From assembly GCA_028274865.1 (NCBI GenBank), contig JAQCMY010000021.1, forward strand, positions 1-45,472: a stretch of DNA of 45,472 nt, given 5' to 3'. A program made the translations under genes and the position numbers. This DNA comes from Haloferacaceae archaeon (GTDB taxonomy: Archaea > Halobacteriota > Halobacteria > Halobacteriales > Haloferacaceae). The notes beneath the pieces were generated by a model. That model was given only the letters and a program-made list of their open reading frames with translations. It was not told the DNA's origin and made no database searches. Numbering within the stretch: the stretch's first letter is position 1; each line of letters begins with the position of its first letter. Shown one piece after another: positions 16,322 to 25,197 of the stretch.

Positions 16322-16963
16322 GTGTTCGTCCTCGTCAACCTGAAGGCGTACGACGTCGACCCCGTCGCCGTCGCGGAGCACGCGGCTGCCGTCGCCGACA
16401 GTCACGACGCGCGGGTCGCCGTCTCGCCGCAGACCGCGCACCTCGACCGCGTCGCGGCGACCGGCGTCGAGACCTGGGCCCAGCACGCCGCGCCGACCGG
16501 GCACGGCAGCCACACCGGGAGCCAGCACGCGGCTGCCGCCGCCGACGCCGGCGCGGTCGGGACGCTCCTGAACCACTCCGAGCGCCGGCTCCGCCTCGCG
16601 GACGTCGACGACGGCCTCGGCGCCGCCGGGCGCGCCGGCCTCTCGACGGTCGTCTGTGCGAACAACCCGGCACAGGCCGCGGCGGCGGCGAGTCTCGGCC
16701 CGGACGCCGTCGCGGTCGAGCCGCCGGCGCTCATCGGCGGCGACGTCTCCGTCGCGAGCGCCGACCCGGCTGTCGTCGAGGAGTCCGTCGCCGCCGTCGA
16801 GCGGGTCGACCCCGACGTGGCGACCTACTGCGGCGCCGGCGTCTCGACCGGCGACGACGTGGCCGCGGCAGCCGACCTCGGCGCGGAGGGTGTTCTGCTC
16901 GCCAGCGCCGTCGCGAAGGCAGACGACCCGCGCGGCGTCCTCGAGAACCTCGTCACTCGATGA
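16322..16963 (+). CDS. tpiA: Triosephosphate isomerase (archaeal short type)
   Basis: [14 protein letters not shown] and [10 protein letters not shown] are present. The length is 213 aa. The GTG start has a GCTTAAC box about 27 nt upstream. Confidence 0.9.
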   Translation: MFVLVNLKAYDVDPVAVAEHAAAVADSHDARVAVSPQTAHLDRVAATGVETWAQHAAPTGHGSHTGSQHAAAAADAGAVGTLLNHSERRLRLADVDDGLGAAGRAGLSTVVCANNPAQAAAAASLGPDAVAVEPPALIGGDVSVASADPAVVEESVAAVERVDPDVATYCGAGVSTGDDVAAAADLGAEGVLLASAVAKADDPRGVLENLVTR

Positions 16964-19900
16964 TCTCCGCGTCCTGACCGTCCCGGGGGTCGCCGGAGGC
17001 GGTTACGGACGACCGGCCGGTGTCGTCCGACGTCCCGGACGAGTCGGCGCCGTCCGTGGTGTCGTCTGACGCCTCGGCTCCTCGGTCCGGCTCGTCGACG
17101 AACTCCGCCTCGTCGACGAACTCGACGTCTTCCTGGCGGAACGCCGGCGTGAGGGCGTCCTCGTCTGCCTCGACGAACTCGACGTCCGGGTCGGTGACGG
17201 CAGCGTCCGGCGCGCCGGCCTCGTCGACGTCGGCGAGCGTCCAGCCGTGGACCGGGTCCTCGACGAACGCCGCCTCGACGGAGCGCAGGACGTCCGCGAG
17301 GTCGTTCTCGTGGAGACGGTCGTCGTACTCCTCGCGCACCAGCGCCGGCAGGGCGTAGGCGTACTTGCCCTTGCCGACGTGGTCGACGAGGCCGGCGCGC
17401 CGCAGCCGGCGAATCCGCCCGTACGCGAGCTCGCGGTCCGCGTTCCCGCCCGCCGCGACGTGGGCCTCGACCGGCGTGACCGGCCCCTCGCTCCGGACGT
17501 GTCGCAGCATCGCCGTCGGCGGCTCGTCCAGCGACGCCACCCGGTCCGCGAGGTCCGCGACGAGCGCCTCGTGGGTGCCGAGGGTCATCCGCGCCGGGCC
17601 GGCAGCGGCGGGGTCGTCGCCGGCTGCCTCGTCCGCTCCGTCGGCACGACCGACAGCAACCGGCTGCTGGTCCGTCCCGGCGGGCCGGTCCCCGGAGCCG
17701 GTCTCGTCCGCCGCCCTGGGTCCCGACGGCTCGGCGGCGTCCGGAGCGTCCGTGTCCGCCCGTTCGGGCCCGGGCCGGTCGGCAGACTCGCCCGTGTCCC
17801 GCTCCGTCGGGGCTGTCCGCTCGCCGCCCGCGGTCGGGGGCGGCCCGCCGTCCCGTGGCGGCTGCCCGTCGGCGTCTCGGGGCGCCGCCGCGTCGGCGCC
17901 GGCGTCCGGCCACTCGCCGGTGCCGTCGAGGTCGACGCCATCGGTGTCGCTCGCGCCGTCGGTCGGCGCCGACCGCCCGGCGTCGCCCGCCGTCTCGTCC
18001 CGGTGTGGCGCGTTCGAGCGGTCGAGCAGCGCCTGCGAGAACCGCTCGGCCATCTGCTCGAGGTTCCGTGCCTCCCCCAGCTCCGCCTCTAACTCCGCGA
18101 TACGGGCCTCCTTGCGCTCCAGCTCCTGCCGGAGGTCCGCGAGTTCGGACTCGCGGCGCTGCTGTTCGTCGGTGATGGCGCGCAGGTCCGAGACGAGGTC
18201 GTCGTCGACGCTCTTCAGCTCCGGTCGCTCGAACTCGTCGAGGCCGGGGGTCGCGCCGGCGTCGAACGTCCGCTTGCGGTGGAACTGGACGCGCCGGATC
18301 GACTCCGACCAGTCGGTCATCAGGAACGCCTCGCCGTCGTCGAGGTCCTCCACCGCCTCCGCGTGCTCCCGGTCGATGATGCGGCGCACGACCTGCGTGT
18401 CGTTGTCCCAGGTCAGACGGTGCCAGCAGAGCCAGTCACACTGGGTGATGTAGTCCTTCTTGACGTTCGCCGGCCGCTGGCTGATGCCGAGGAGCCCGAG
18501 ACCGTGCTTGCGTCCACGCTTGCCGATCTTGACGAGCATCCGCCCCGCGTCCGTCGTGCCGCCGCCCTCCGGAATGTACTCGTGGACCTCCTCGACGAGC
18601 AGGAGGAACGGCTGTTTCAGCTTCTTCTCCTTCGCGAACAGGTGTCGCGCCGTCTCGAAGACGAGTTCGTCGGCGACGGCCTCGTCCAGGTAGCCCGACA
18701 CGTCGAGGACGATCGGGACGTTCTGCTCCAGGGCGAGCGAGGCGAGCTTCTCGGCGTGTTCCGGCGCGACCTGGATGTCGCACTCGTCGTCCGCGCCGGC
18801 GTGGAGCAGTTCGAACTCCTCTTTCAGCCCGTAGTACTCGCCCTCGACGTCGACGATGAGGAGCGGGTAGCCGTCGTCGAGCAGCCGCTCCGCGACGACG
18901 CTGGCCGAGTTGGAGTTGTGGACGAAGACGCCGTTGGCGACGAAGTTGTCGTTGACCGCCACGTCGAGGTCGTACACCGTCCGTTCCGCGTCGAACTCCT
19001 CGACTTCGGCAACCCGCTTCCACTGGACGTCCGACTCACCGAATGCGCGGGCACGACCGCCGATTCCGAGCTCCTCGACGATCCGGTTGTACGTCTCTCG
19101 ACCAGCCTTCTGCTGTCGCGTGAGGTGGTTGACCGATGCGCCGTCGACCCGCCGGTCGCTGTCGCGCGCCGTCCACCCTGCACTCCGGGCCGCGGCGTTG
19201 AGCACCGGGCCGAAGTTCGGGATCGTGTCCTTCGAGTTGTAGCGGTCGCCGTCGGCCCGGGTCCGACACAGCGCGTCGAGCGCCTCGGACTTCGACCCGA
19301 CGCTCAGGTCGACGACGTCGCGGAACCGGTCCAGACAGAACGCGTCGACCCCGAGCCGACGGTACCGACGCCGCTCCCCCTCGTGGCGCGTGAACTTCTC
19401 GCGGACCGTCGTCGAGACGCCGAACCCTCTGAGCAGTTCGCGAAGCCCGTCGACCAGCGGCTCAGACTTCGACATCGCCGTGACGGTCGAGTCACCGACC
19501 GTACCGTCGCCGTCGACGTACCCCGAGAGGAGCCCGGCCCGGAACGATTCGGGCGTGTCGAACGCCCAGTTCGGGATCGACTTCTCCGCCGCGCCTCGAC
19601 CGAACTCCGCCTCGAAGAAGCGGGCGAGCGGCTGGAATCCCTTGTTGCAACTCCGGTCGTCGACGTCGTAGCCCCGGGACCGGAGGAACGCCTTCACTTC
19701 CTCGTCGACGTTCGAGATCTGGATCGTCAGGTGCGAGTCGAACGACCCCTCGGCGAGGTAGAGACCGACCTCCTTGCCGGTCTCGAAGTCGAGAGCGAGG
19801 TGTCTGTCGTCGGTCCGGGGACCGCTCTGTATCACGCCGCCGTCGACGACGAGGTCGTTCGCTCCGTCGTCGACGTAATCGGCGAGGTCGATCTCGGTGG

Positions 19901-20369
19901 TGGACGCCGTGCTGGGGAGTTCGCGGGCGAGCGGCATCCACGTCCCCGCCTCGAGTTCGTCGCCGCGAACCGGGACGATCTCCGTTCCGTCGACCGTGAG
20001 GAAACTGTGGTCCTCCGTCCCGACGAGTTCGGTTCCGTCCTCCAGCGTGACGCGCAGGAGCCGGTCGTCGGTGTGTCGGATCGTCGCCCGAACCTCCCGG
20101 AACTCCTGCTCGAACGTGTGGCGGTTCAGCGAGAGGACGCGGTCGCCCTCCTCGACGGCCTCGATTGGCTTGCGCCCCGACTCGGTGTGGACGGGCGTCC
20201 CCTCGAGGATGCTCTTGCCGCTCCCAGACTTCCCGGTGACGAACCCGCGGCCGGTGAGGAGTTCGACGACCGGGAGCGAGACGCTCGCACCCGGTGCCGT
20301 CCCGTCGCCGCCCGGTCCGTCGCTCACGTCCGCGACGGTTATCGTCCGCGTCGTGGGCCCATCGCTCAT
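16953..20369 (-). CDS. HerA/FtsK-like (DUF87-type) P-loop ATPase with coiled coil, acidic disordered region and C-terminal winged-helix domain; contains an intein
   Basis: Walker A TGKSGSGK|SNS is restored after removing residues 53-485. Walker B is [10 protein letters not shown] and [14 protein letters not shown] follows. The heptad-like segment is [25 protein letters not shown]. The C-terminal segment [21 protein letters not shown] is wHTH-like. Confidence 0.85.
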   Translation of the reverse strand: MSDGPTTRTITVADVSDGPGGDGTAPGASVSLPVVELLTGRGFVTGKSGSGKSILEGTPVHTESGRKPIEAVEEGDRVLSLNRHTFEQEFREVRATIRHTDDRLLRVTLEDGTELVGTEDHSFLTVDGTEIVPVRGDELEAGTWMPLARELPSTASTTEIDLADYVDDGANDLVVDGGVIQSGPRTDDRHLALDFETGKEVGLYLAEGSFDSHLTIQISNVDEEVKAFLRSRGYDVDDRSCNKGFQPLARFFEAEFGRGAAEKSIPNWAFDTPESFRAGLLSGYVDGDGTVGDSTVTAMSKSEPLVDGLRELLRGFGVSTTVREKFTRHEGERRRYRRLGVDAFCLDRFRDVVDLSVGSKSEALDALCRTRADGDRYNSKDTIPNFGPVLNAAARSAGWTARDSDRRVDGASVNHLTRQQKAGRETYNRIVEELGIGGRARAFGESDVQWKRVAEVEEFDAERTVYDLDVAVNDNFVANGVFVHNSNSASVVAERLLDDGYPLLIVDVEGEYYGLKEEFELLHAGADDECDIQVAPEHAEKLASLALEQNVPIVLDVSGYLDEAVADELVFETARHLFAKEKKLKQPFLLLVEEVHEYIPEGGGTTDAGRMLVKIGKRGRKHGLGLLGISQRPANVKKDYITQCDWLCWHRLTWDNDTQVVRRIIDREHAEAVEDLDDGEAFLMTDWSESIRRVQFHRKRTFDAGATPGLDEFERPELKSVDDDLVSDLRAITDEQQRRESELADLRQELERKEARIAELEAELGEARNLEQMAERFSQALLDRSNAPHRDETAGDAGRSAPTDGASDTDGVDLDGTGEWPDAGADAAAPRDADGQPPRDGGPPPTAGGERTAPTERDTGESADRPGPERADTDAPDAAEPSGPRAADETGSGDRPAGTDQQPVAVGRADGADEAAGDDPAAAGPARMTLGTHEALVADLADRVASLDEPPTAMLRHVRSEGPVTPVEAHVAAGGNADRELAYGRIRRLRRAGLVDHVGKGKYAYALPALVREEYDDRLHENDLADVLRSVEAAFVEDPVHGWTLADVDEAGAPDAAVTDPDVEFVEADEDALTPAFRQEDVEFVDEAEFVDEPDRGAEASDDTTDGADSSGTSDDTGRSSVTASGDPRDGQDAEIIE
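18915..20213 (-). mobile_element. Full-length intein (433 aa) with LAGLIDADG homing-endonuclease domain, inserted in the Walker A motif
   Basis: The N-terminal splice residue is Ser (SILEGTPV, block A). Block B is GTEDHSF (TxxH). The LAGLIDADG motifs are [10 protein letters not shown] and [12 protein letters not shown]. The C-terminal blocks are [21 protein letters not shown] followed by +1 Ser. Removing the element recreates GKSGSGKSN. Confidence 0.85.
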
Positions 20370-20407
20370 CTACCGCCACGGTGACGACGGCTCCACATAG
20401 TTCCGCG

Positions 20408-20429
20408 TCAGACGGGCGACAGACGGGCG
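20408..20429. repeat. Tandem direct repeat: CAGACGGGCG twice with 11-bp period, in the dinB / ATPase spacer
   Basis: 20409-20418 and 20420-20429 are identical. The repeat lies just upstream of a TATA-like AACTATGT (minus strand, 20395-20402), which is about 29 nt before the ATPase ATG. Confidence 0.6.
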
Positions 20430-20432
20430 GTC

Positions 20433-21656
20433 TCAGCCGTCGAACTCCTCCAGCGACGCCTGCCCGCCGGGTCCCGTGCCGTGTGACGGGTCGCTCCCGT
20501 CGCCGGTCCACCCGTCGAGGCTCGACTGCTCGGCGTCCGCGAAGGACAGCTTCGAGAGCCGAACGCCGACCTTGCGGACCGTCGCGTCCGCGAACTCGGA
20601 GAGCAGGTCGAGCGCCGTCTCGCGAACGAGCCCCGGGTCGTCGACGGGGCCGGGGAGCGACCGGGCACGCGTCGAGACGTCGAACGGCGGCTGGACGACC
20701 TTCACGCCGGTGGTGCGGTAGAGCGCGCCCTCCGACCGTGCGCGCTCGGCGACGTCGGCGGCGAGGCCGCGGGCGCGCTCCCGGACCCGCTCGTGGTCGT
20801 CCGTCGGGTCGGCGAACGCCGACTCTCGCGAGAGGCTCTTCGGACGTCCGCGCGGCGTCACGGGCCGGTCGTCGTCACCCCGGGCGCGGTCGTAGAGTGT
20901 GCGCCCGCGCTCGCCGAACCGCTCGCGCAGGACCGTCGGGTCTGCCGCGGCGACGTCGCCGGCCGTCTCGACGCCCAGCTCCGCGAGCGTCGACGCGGTG
21001 ACGGGACCGACGCCGTGGACGACCTCGACGGGGAGCGGAGCGAGAAAGTCGCGCACCGCGCCCGGCGGGACGACGACGAGCCCGTCCGGCTTGTCGTGGT
21101 CGCTCGCCACCTTCGCGGCGCTCATGCTGGGTGCGACGCCGACACTCGCAGGCACCCCTGCCTCGCGCTCGATACGGGACTTGACGTGCCGGGCGTACCC
21201 CTCGGCCAGCCGCCGATCCTCCCCCGGAACCCGGTCCCAGGAGGTGCGGTCGCTCGCGTCGAGGTACGCCTCGTCGACACTCACCTCTCGCACCACGTCG
21301 GCGGCGTCGTGGAGGACGGCCTTTAGCTCCGCCGCGACCTCGCGGTAGAACGCCATGTCGACCGGGAGGTAGACCCCGGTACCGTCGGGGTCGTCTGCGG
21401 ACGCGCGCCGCGGGAGCAGGTCGAGCGCCCGCGAGACGGACTGGGCGCTCTCGACGCCGTACTCGCGTGCCTCGTAGCTGGCGGTGGCGACGGCGCCCGC
21501 CGTCTCGCCCGGCTCGTAGCCCATCCCGACGACGACCGGCTCTCCCGCGAGTTCGGGCCGACGCCGTCGCTCACAGGAGGCGTAGAAGCAGTCCATGTCG
21601 ACGTGGACCACGACCCGCGGGTCGTCGTCCCCGGCGACGGGGAGCCGGCTGCTCAC
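20433..21656 (-). CDS. dinB: Y-family DNA polymerase IV
   Basis: VVHVDMDCFYASCE, ASYEAREYGV, SVDEAYLD and the 407-aa length fit. Confidence 0.9.
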   Translation of the reverse strand: MSSRLPVAGDDDPRVVVHVDMDCFYASCERRRRPELAGEPVVVGMGYEPGETAGAVATASYEAREYGVESAQSVSRALDLLPRRASADDPDGTGVYLPVDMAFYREVAAELKAVLHDAADVVREVSVDEAYLDASDRTSWDRVPGEDRRLAEGYARHVKSRIEREAGVPASVGVAPSMSAAKVASDHDKPDGLVVVPPGAVRDFLAPLPVEVVHGVGPVTASTLAELGVETAGDVAAADPTVLRERFGERGRTLYDRARGDDDRPVTPRGRPKSLSRESAFADPTDDHERVRERARGLAADVAERARSEGALYRTTGVKVVQPPFDVSTRARSLPGPVDDPGLVRETALDLLSEFADATVRKVGVRLSKLSFADAEQSSLDGWTGDGSDPSHGTGPGGQASLEEFDG

Positions 21657-21714
21657 GGGCAGCCGTTCGGGCGGACGGGACTAAGCCTGTGCCGCGGGGC
21701 GAAAGTAGACGGCG

Positions 21715-22143
21715 CTACTTCAGCCGCTCCTGGAGGAAGGAGGGGTGGGCAGCGGTGACACCGTCGATGTCGAGGACGTCGCGCTGGATGACGTCTCCGA
21801 GCGCGTTGCCGTCGGCGGCGCGCACCTCGGCCATCAGCGTGTGGTCGCCGGAGGAGGAGTAGAGCCGCTCGACGGCGTCGAGTCCCTCCAGTGACCGGGC
21901 CGCGTCGACGTAGCGCTCGCTGGCGACCTCGATACCGACGATCGCGATCGACTGGCCCGAGAGCTTCTTCGGGTCGACCTCGGCGGAGTAGCCGACGATG
22001 ACGCCGTCCTCTTCCAGCCGGCGGATGTACTTCCGGACCGTCGGCTTCGACACACCGGCTCGCTCGGCTATCTCGGCGTAGGAGGCCTGCGCGTCCTCTT
22101 CGAGAACCTCGAGGATGCGCGTCTCGGTCGAAGCCGTTGTCAC
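21715..22143 (-). CDS. Lrp/AsnC family transcriptional regulator
   Basis: The N-terminal HTH is ILEVLEEDAQASYAEIAERAGVSKPTVRKYIRRLEEDGVI, followed by a C-terminal RAM/ACT-like domain. The length is 142 aa. Confidence 0.9.
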   Translation of the reverse strand: MTTASTETRILEVLEEDAQASYAEIAERAGVSKPTVRKYIRRLEEDGVIVGYSAEVDPKKLSGQSIAIVGIEVASERYVDAARSLEGLDAVERLYSSSGDHTLMAEVRAADGNALGDVIQRDVLDIDGVTAAHPSFLQERLK

Positions 22144-22165
22144 GTACTACGCTTTGTGATGCCCG

Positions 22166-22197
22166 AAAAAATACCTTCCGAAACCGAAACCTCGGTT
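22166..22197 (-). terminator. Hairpin (AACCGA-ggtt-TCGGTT on the minus strand) followed by a T6 run, downstream of porB; the T6 run also sits about 25 nt upstream of the lrp GTG
   Basis: The 6-bp stem with a 4-nt loop lies at 22182-22197 and the A6 run on the plus strand at 22166-22171. Oligo-T is the archaeal termination signal, and the A/T patch is also at TATA distance from the lrp start. Confidence 0.45.
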
Positions 22198-22206
22198 CGC
22201 CCCGCC

Positions 22207-23145
22207 TCAGCGGTGTTTCGCGAGGAACGCGTCGGCGCTTCGCTCCCACTCGTAGTCCGTGTCGAAGTACCGCTCGGCGAGGGGTTCGTCCGGCATCTCG
22301 CCGATCGCGCGCTTCTCCTGCCCGTAGGAGGGCCGGTCGTCGTCGCGGTAGTAGACGCCGGTCAGCACCTCGCCCTCGTACAGCTTGTCCTCCGTCTCGC
22401 GCATCAGCTCCTGGGCCTCGGCCCGGTCGGTCGGGTCGAACTCGAAGTCCTCGGAGTCGTTTATATCGACGTAGGGGACGTACTGCTTGGCGTCCTTGTT
22501 CCACGTCGGACACTGCGTGAGGAAGTCGATGTGGGCGAACCCGTCGTGTTCGATCGCCTCGACGAGGATGCGCTGGGCCTGGTTCGGGTTGACCGCGGCG
22601 GTCCGGGCGACGAAGGAGGCACCGGAGGTGAGCGCGAGCGACAGGGGCCGGATCGGGTCTTTCGCGCTCCCCGAGGGCTGGGTCTTCGACTTGTGACCCT
22701 TCGGGCTGGTCGGGGACGTCTGTCCCTTCGTCAGCCCGAATATCTCGTTGTTGAACACGATGTAGGTCATGTCGTGGTTCTCCCGGGCGGTGTGCATGAA
22801 GTGGTTCCCGCCGATACCGTAGCCGTCGCCGTCGCCGCCGGCGGCGACCACCTCGACGCCGGGGTTCGCCATCTTGGCGGCCCGGGCCACGGGCAGCGAG
22901 CGCCCGTGGATCGTGTGGAAGCCGTAGCTCTCGAAGTACGAGTTCAGCTTGCCGGAACAGCCGATGCCGGTCACCAGCAGCGTCTCGTCGGGCGTCCGCC
23001 CGACCTCGGGCATCGCACCCTTCAGCGCCTTCAGGACGCCGAAGTCGCCACAGCCCGGACACCACGTCGGCTGGGGCTCCAGCCCGGGGGTGAACTCCTC
23101 GCGGTCGCTCGCTCGCTCCTCGCCGATACCGGTGAATGTGCTCAT
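22207..23145 (-). CDS. porB: 2-oxoacid:ferredoxin oxidoreductase beta subunit (size and context suggest the pyruvate enzyme)
   Basis: TWCPGCGDFG and the TPP-binding region GDGDGYGIGGNH are present. ATG 23145 gives MSTFTGIGEE, typical of the family, and lies 4 nt after the porA TAA. Confidence 0.85.
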   Translation of the reverse strand: MSTFTGIGEERASDREEFTPGLEPQPTWCPGCGDFGVLKALKGAMPEVGRTPDETLLVTGIGCSGKLNSYFESYGFHTIHGRSLPVARAAKMANPGVEVVAAGGDGDGYGIGGNHFMHTARENHDMTYIVFNNEIFGLTKGQTSPTSPKGHKSKTQPSGSAKDPIRPLSLALTSGASFVARTAAVNPNQAQRILVEAIEHDGFAHIDFLTQCPTWNKDAKQYVPYVDINDSEDFEFDPTDRAEAQELMRETEDKLYEGEVLTGVYYRDDDRPSYGQEKRAIGEMPDEPLAERYFDTDYEWERSADAFLAKHR

Positions 23146-23149
23146 TGTG

Positions 23150-25042
23150 TTAGTCACCTGCTGCGGGGACGAAGCGGGTCTCGTTGCCCGGAACCTCCCC
23201 GTCGCCGTCGATGTTCGTCTCGAACCCCTCGACTACCTCGGCCGGCTCGAAGGGGTTGCCGTTGTACTTCAGGAGGCTTGCGAGCTGGTCGTCGCCCGTC
23301 CCGAGCTCCTTCTGGGTCAGCCCGCGGAACTGTGCGGAGGCGTTCATCTCGACGACCAGCGCCTCGTCGACGCCCCGGAGGAACGCCCGCACCTCCTCGA
23401 CCGGGTACGGCATCAGTTCGCCGACGGTCAGCGCCTTCACCGAGTGGCCGGCGTCGTTCAGGCGGTCGACCGCCTCCTCGACCGTACCCTGCTGGCTGCC
23501 GAACGTGAGGACGCCGTGTTCGGCGTCTTCCGGGCCGTACGCGTCGTTCAGCGTGTCGCCGTCGAGGTCGGCGCGGATCGCCCGGAGCTTCTCCGAGCGC
23601 CGGTCGACCTGCGCGACGCGGTTGTCGGGGTCCTCGCTGATGTGTCCTGGCGCGTTGTGCTCGTTGCCGGTGACGAGGTGGCGGCCGCCCTTCTGTCCGG
23701 GGACGGACCGCGGACTGACCCCGTCCTCGACGTCGTGACGGAACCGCTCGAACTTGCCCGAGGCGTCGTGGGGTGCGTCGGCGATCTGGTCCTCTGTCAG
23801 CACCGAGCCGGGGTCGGTGTTGGGCTCGCGGTCGAAGTGGCTCGCCGGGACGTTGACCAGTTCGCCGCCGAGCTTCTGGTCGTACAGCAGAATCGCCGGG
23901 ATCTGGTACTCGTAGGCGACCTGAAACGCCCGCCGTGCGTGGTCGTACGCCTCCGCGACGGTGCCGGGCGCGAACACGACGCGGTTCGAGTCGCCCTGGC
24001 TCGTGTAGAGAACGTGTTCGAGGTCGGCCTGTTCGGGCTTGGTCGGCATCCCCGTCGACGGGCCGGCCCGCATCGCCTCGATGAGGACGACGGGCGTCTC
24101 GGACATCTCCGCGAGCCCGAGCGGCTCCGACATCAGCGCGAACCCGCCGCCGGAAGAGCCGGACATCGACTTCACCCCCATGTGAGAGGCACCGATCGCG
24201 AGCGCCGCGGCGGCGATCTCGTCCTCGACCTGTTCGGAGACGCCGCCCAGCTGCGGCAGGCAGTTGGACATGATCGTGAACACCTCGGTCCACGGCGTCA
24301 TCGGGTAGCCGGCGATGAACCGGCAGCCCTCGTCGATCGCGCCGTAGGCGATCGCGTCGGAGCCCGACAGGAGCACCTGCTCCTCCTCGTGGTCGCCCTC
24401 CGGGACGCGTACGGCGGTCGCGTCGACGTCGAACGCCGACTGGACGTGTTCGTACGCCTCGTCGAAGACGGTGAGGTTCGCGTCGAGGATCTTCTCCGGC
24501 ATCGCGTCCCGCATCATCGACTTGATCGTCTCCGGCTCGATGCCGGTGATGGCGCAGGTGCAGGCCACGCCCGCGGTGTTGCGCATCACCTCCCGACCGT
24601 GTTCGCGGGCCATCGTCCGGAGGTCGACCGGGAAGACGTGCCAGTCGTTCGCCTCGGCGCGTTCGTCGAGGTCGGCGACGGACTCCTCGTCGAGGAGGCC
24701 GGAGTCGTAGACGATGACGCCGCCCTCCCGGAGGTCGTCGAGGTTCTCGGCCAGCGGCTTCGCCTCCTCGTTGCCGTAGTAGGCGCCGTCCCGGGGGTTC
24801 CGGGCGAAGGAGTCACCCAGCGCGAGGAGGAAGTTGTAGCCGTCGCCGCGCGAGCGTACCGGCTCCGACGACGCCCGTACCTCCGTGTACGTGTGTCCGC
24901 CGCGGATGCGCGACGGGTAGTGACGGTGGGTGAACACGTTGAGGCCGGAGCGCATCAGCGCCTTGGCGAAGTTCTGGCTCGTCGAGGCGATGCCGTCGCC
25001 CGACCCACCAGCGACCCGCCAGATGAGTTCGTCGTCTGTCAT
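23150..25042 (-). CDS. porA: 2-oxoacid:ferredoxin oxidoreductase alpha subunit
   Basis: WRVAGGSGDGIASTSQNFAKA and GYPMTPWTE are present. The length is 630 aa and the gene is adjacent to the beta subunit. Confidence 0.88.
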   Translation of the reverse strand: MTDDELIWRVAGGSGDGIASTSQNFAKALMRSGLNVFTHRHYPSRIRGGHTYTEVRASSEPVRSRGDGYNFLLALGDSFARNPRDGAYYGNEEAKPLAENLDDLREGGVIVYDSGLLDEESVADLDERAEANDWHVFPVDLRTMAREHGREVMRNTAGVACTCAITGIEPETIKSMMRDAMPEKILDANLTVFDEAYEHVQSAFDVDATAVRVPEGDHEEEQVLLSGSDAIAYGAIDEGCRFIAGYPMTPWTEVFTIMSNCLPQLGGVSEQVEDEIAAAALAIGASHMGVKSMSGSSGGGFALMSEPLGLAEMSETPVVLIEAMRAGPSTGMPTKPEQADLEHVLYTSQGDSNRVVFAPGTVAEAYDHARRAFQVAYEYQIPAILLYDQKLGGELVNVPASHFDREPNTDPGSVLTEDQIADAPHDASGKFERFRHDVEDGVSPRSVPGQKGGRHLVTGNEHNAPGHISEDPDNRVAQVDRRSEKLRAIRADLDGDTLNDAYGPEDAEHGVLTFGSQQGTVEEAVDRLNDAGHSVKALTVGELMPYPVEEVRAFLRGVDEALVVEMNASAQFRGLTQKELGTGDDQLASLLKYNGNPFEPAEVVEGFETNIDGDGEVPGNETRFVPAAGD

Positions 25043-25197
25043 AGATAAATCGGCCCGTGAGGGCCACCGATATCAGGTTACCGACGCCTCCGTATATGGT
25101 TTGCTGTGCCATCTCGATGATAGATCGTGAACGTGGGCGTCTCGACCGCTCTCGCTGTTCCTCGCGCTCCCGTGTGTGTCGGTAGCGCGGTTCGCGG

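Noticed and set aside
25041-25050. ATTTATCTAT (minus strand) as the porA promoter TATA box.
   Set aside because: It abuts the ATG (positions -1 to -9), which is incompatible with the spacing of about 25-30 nt needed for initiation at or before the start codon.
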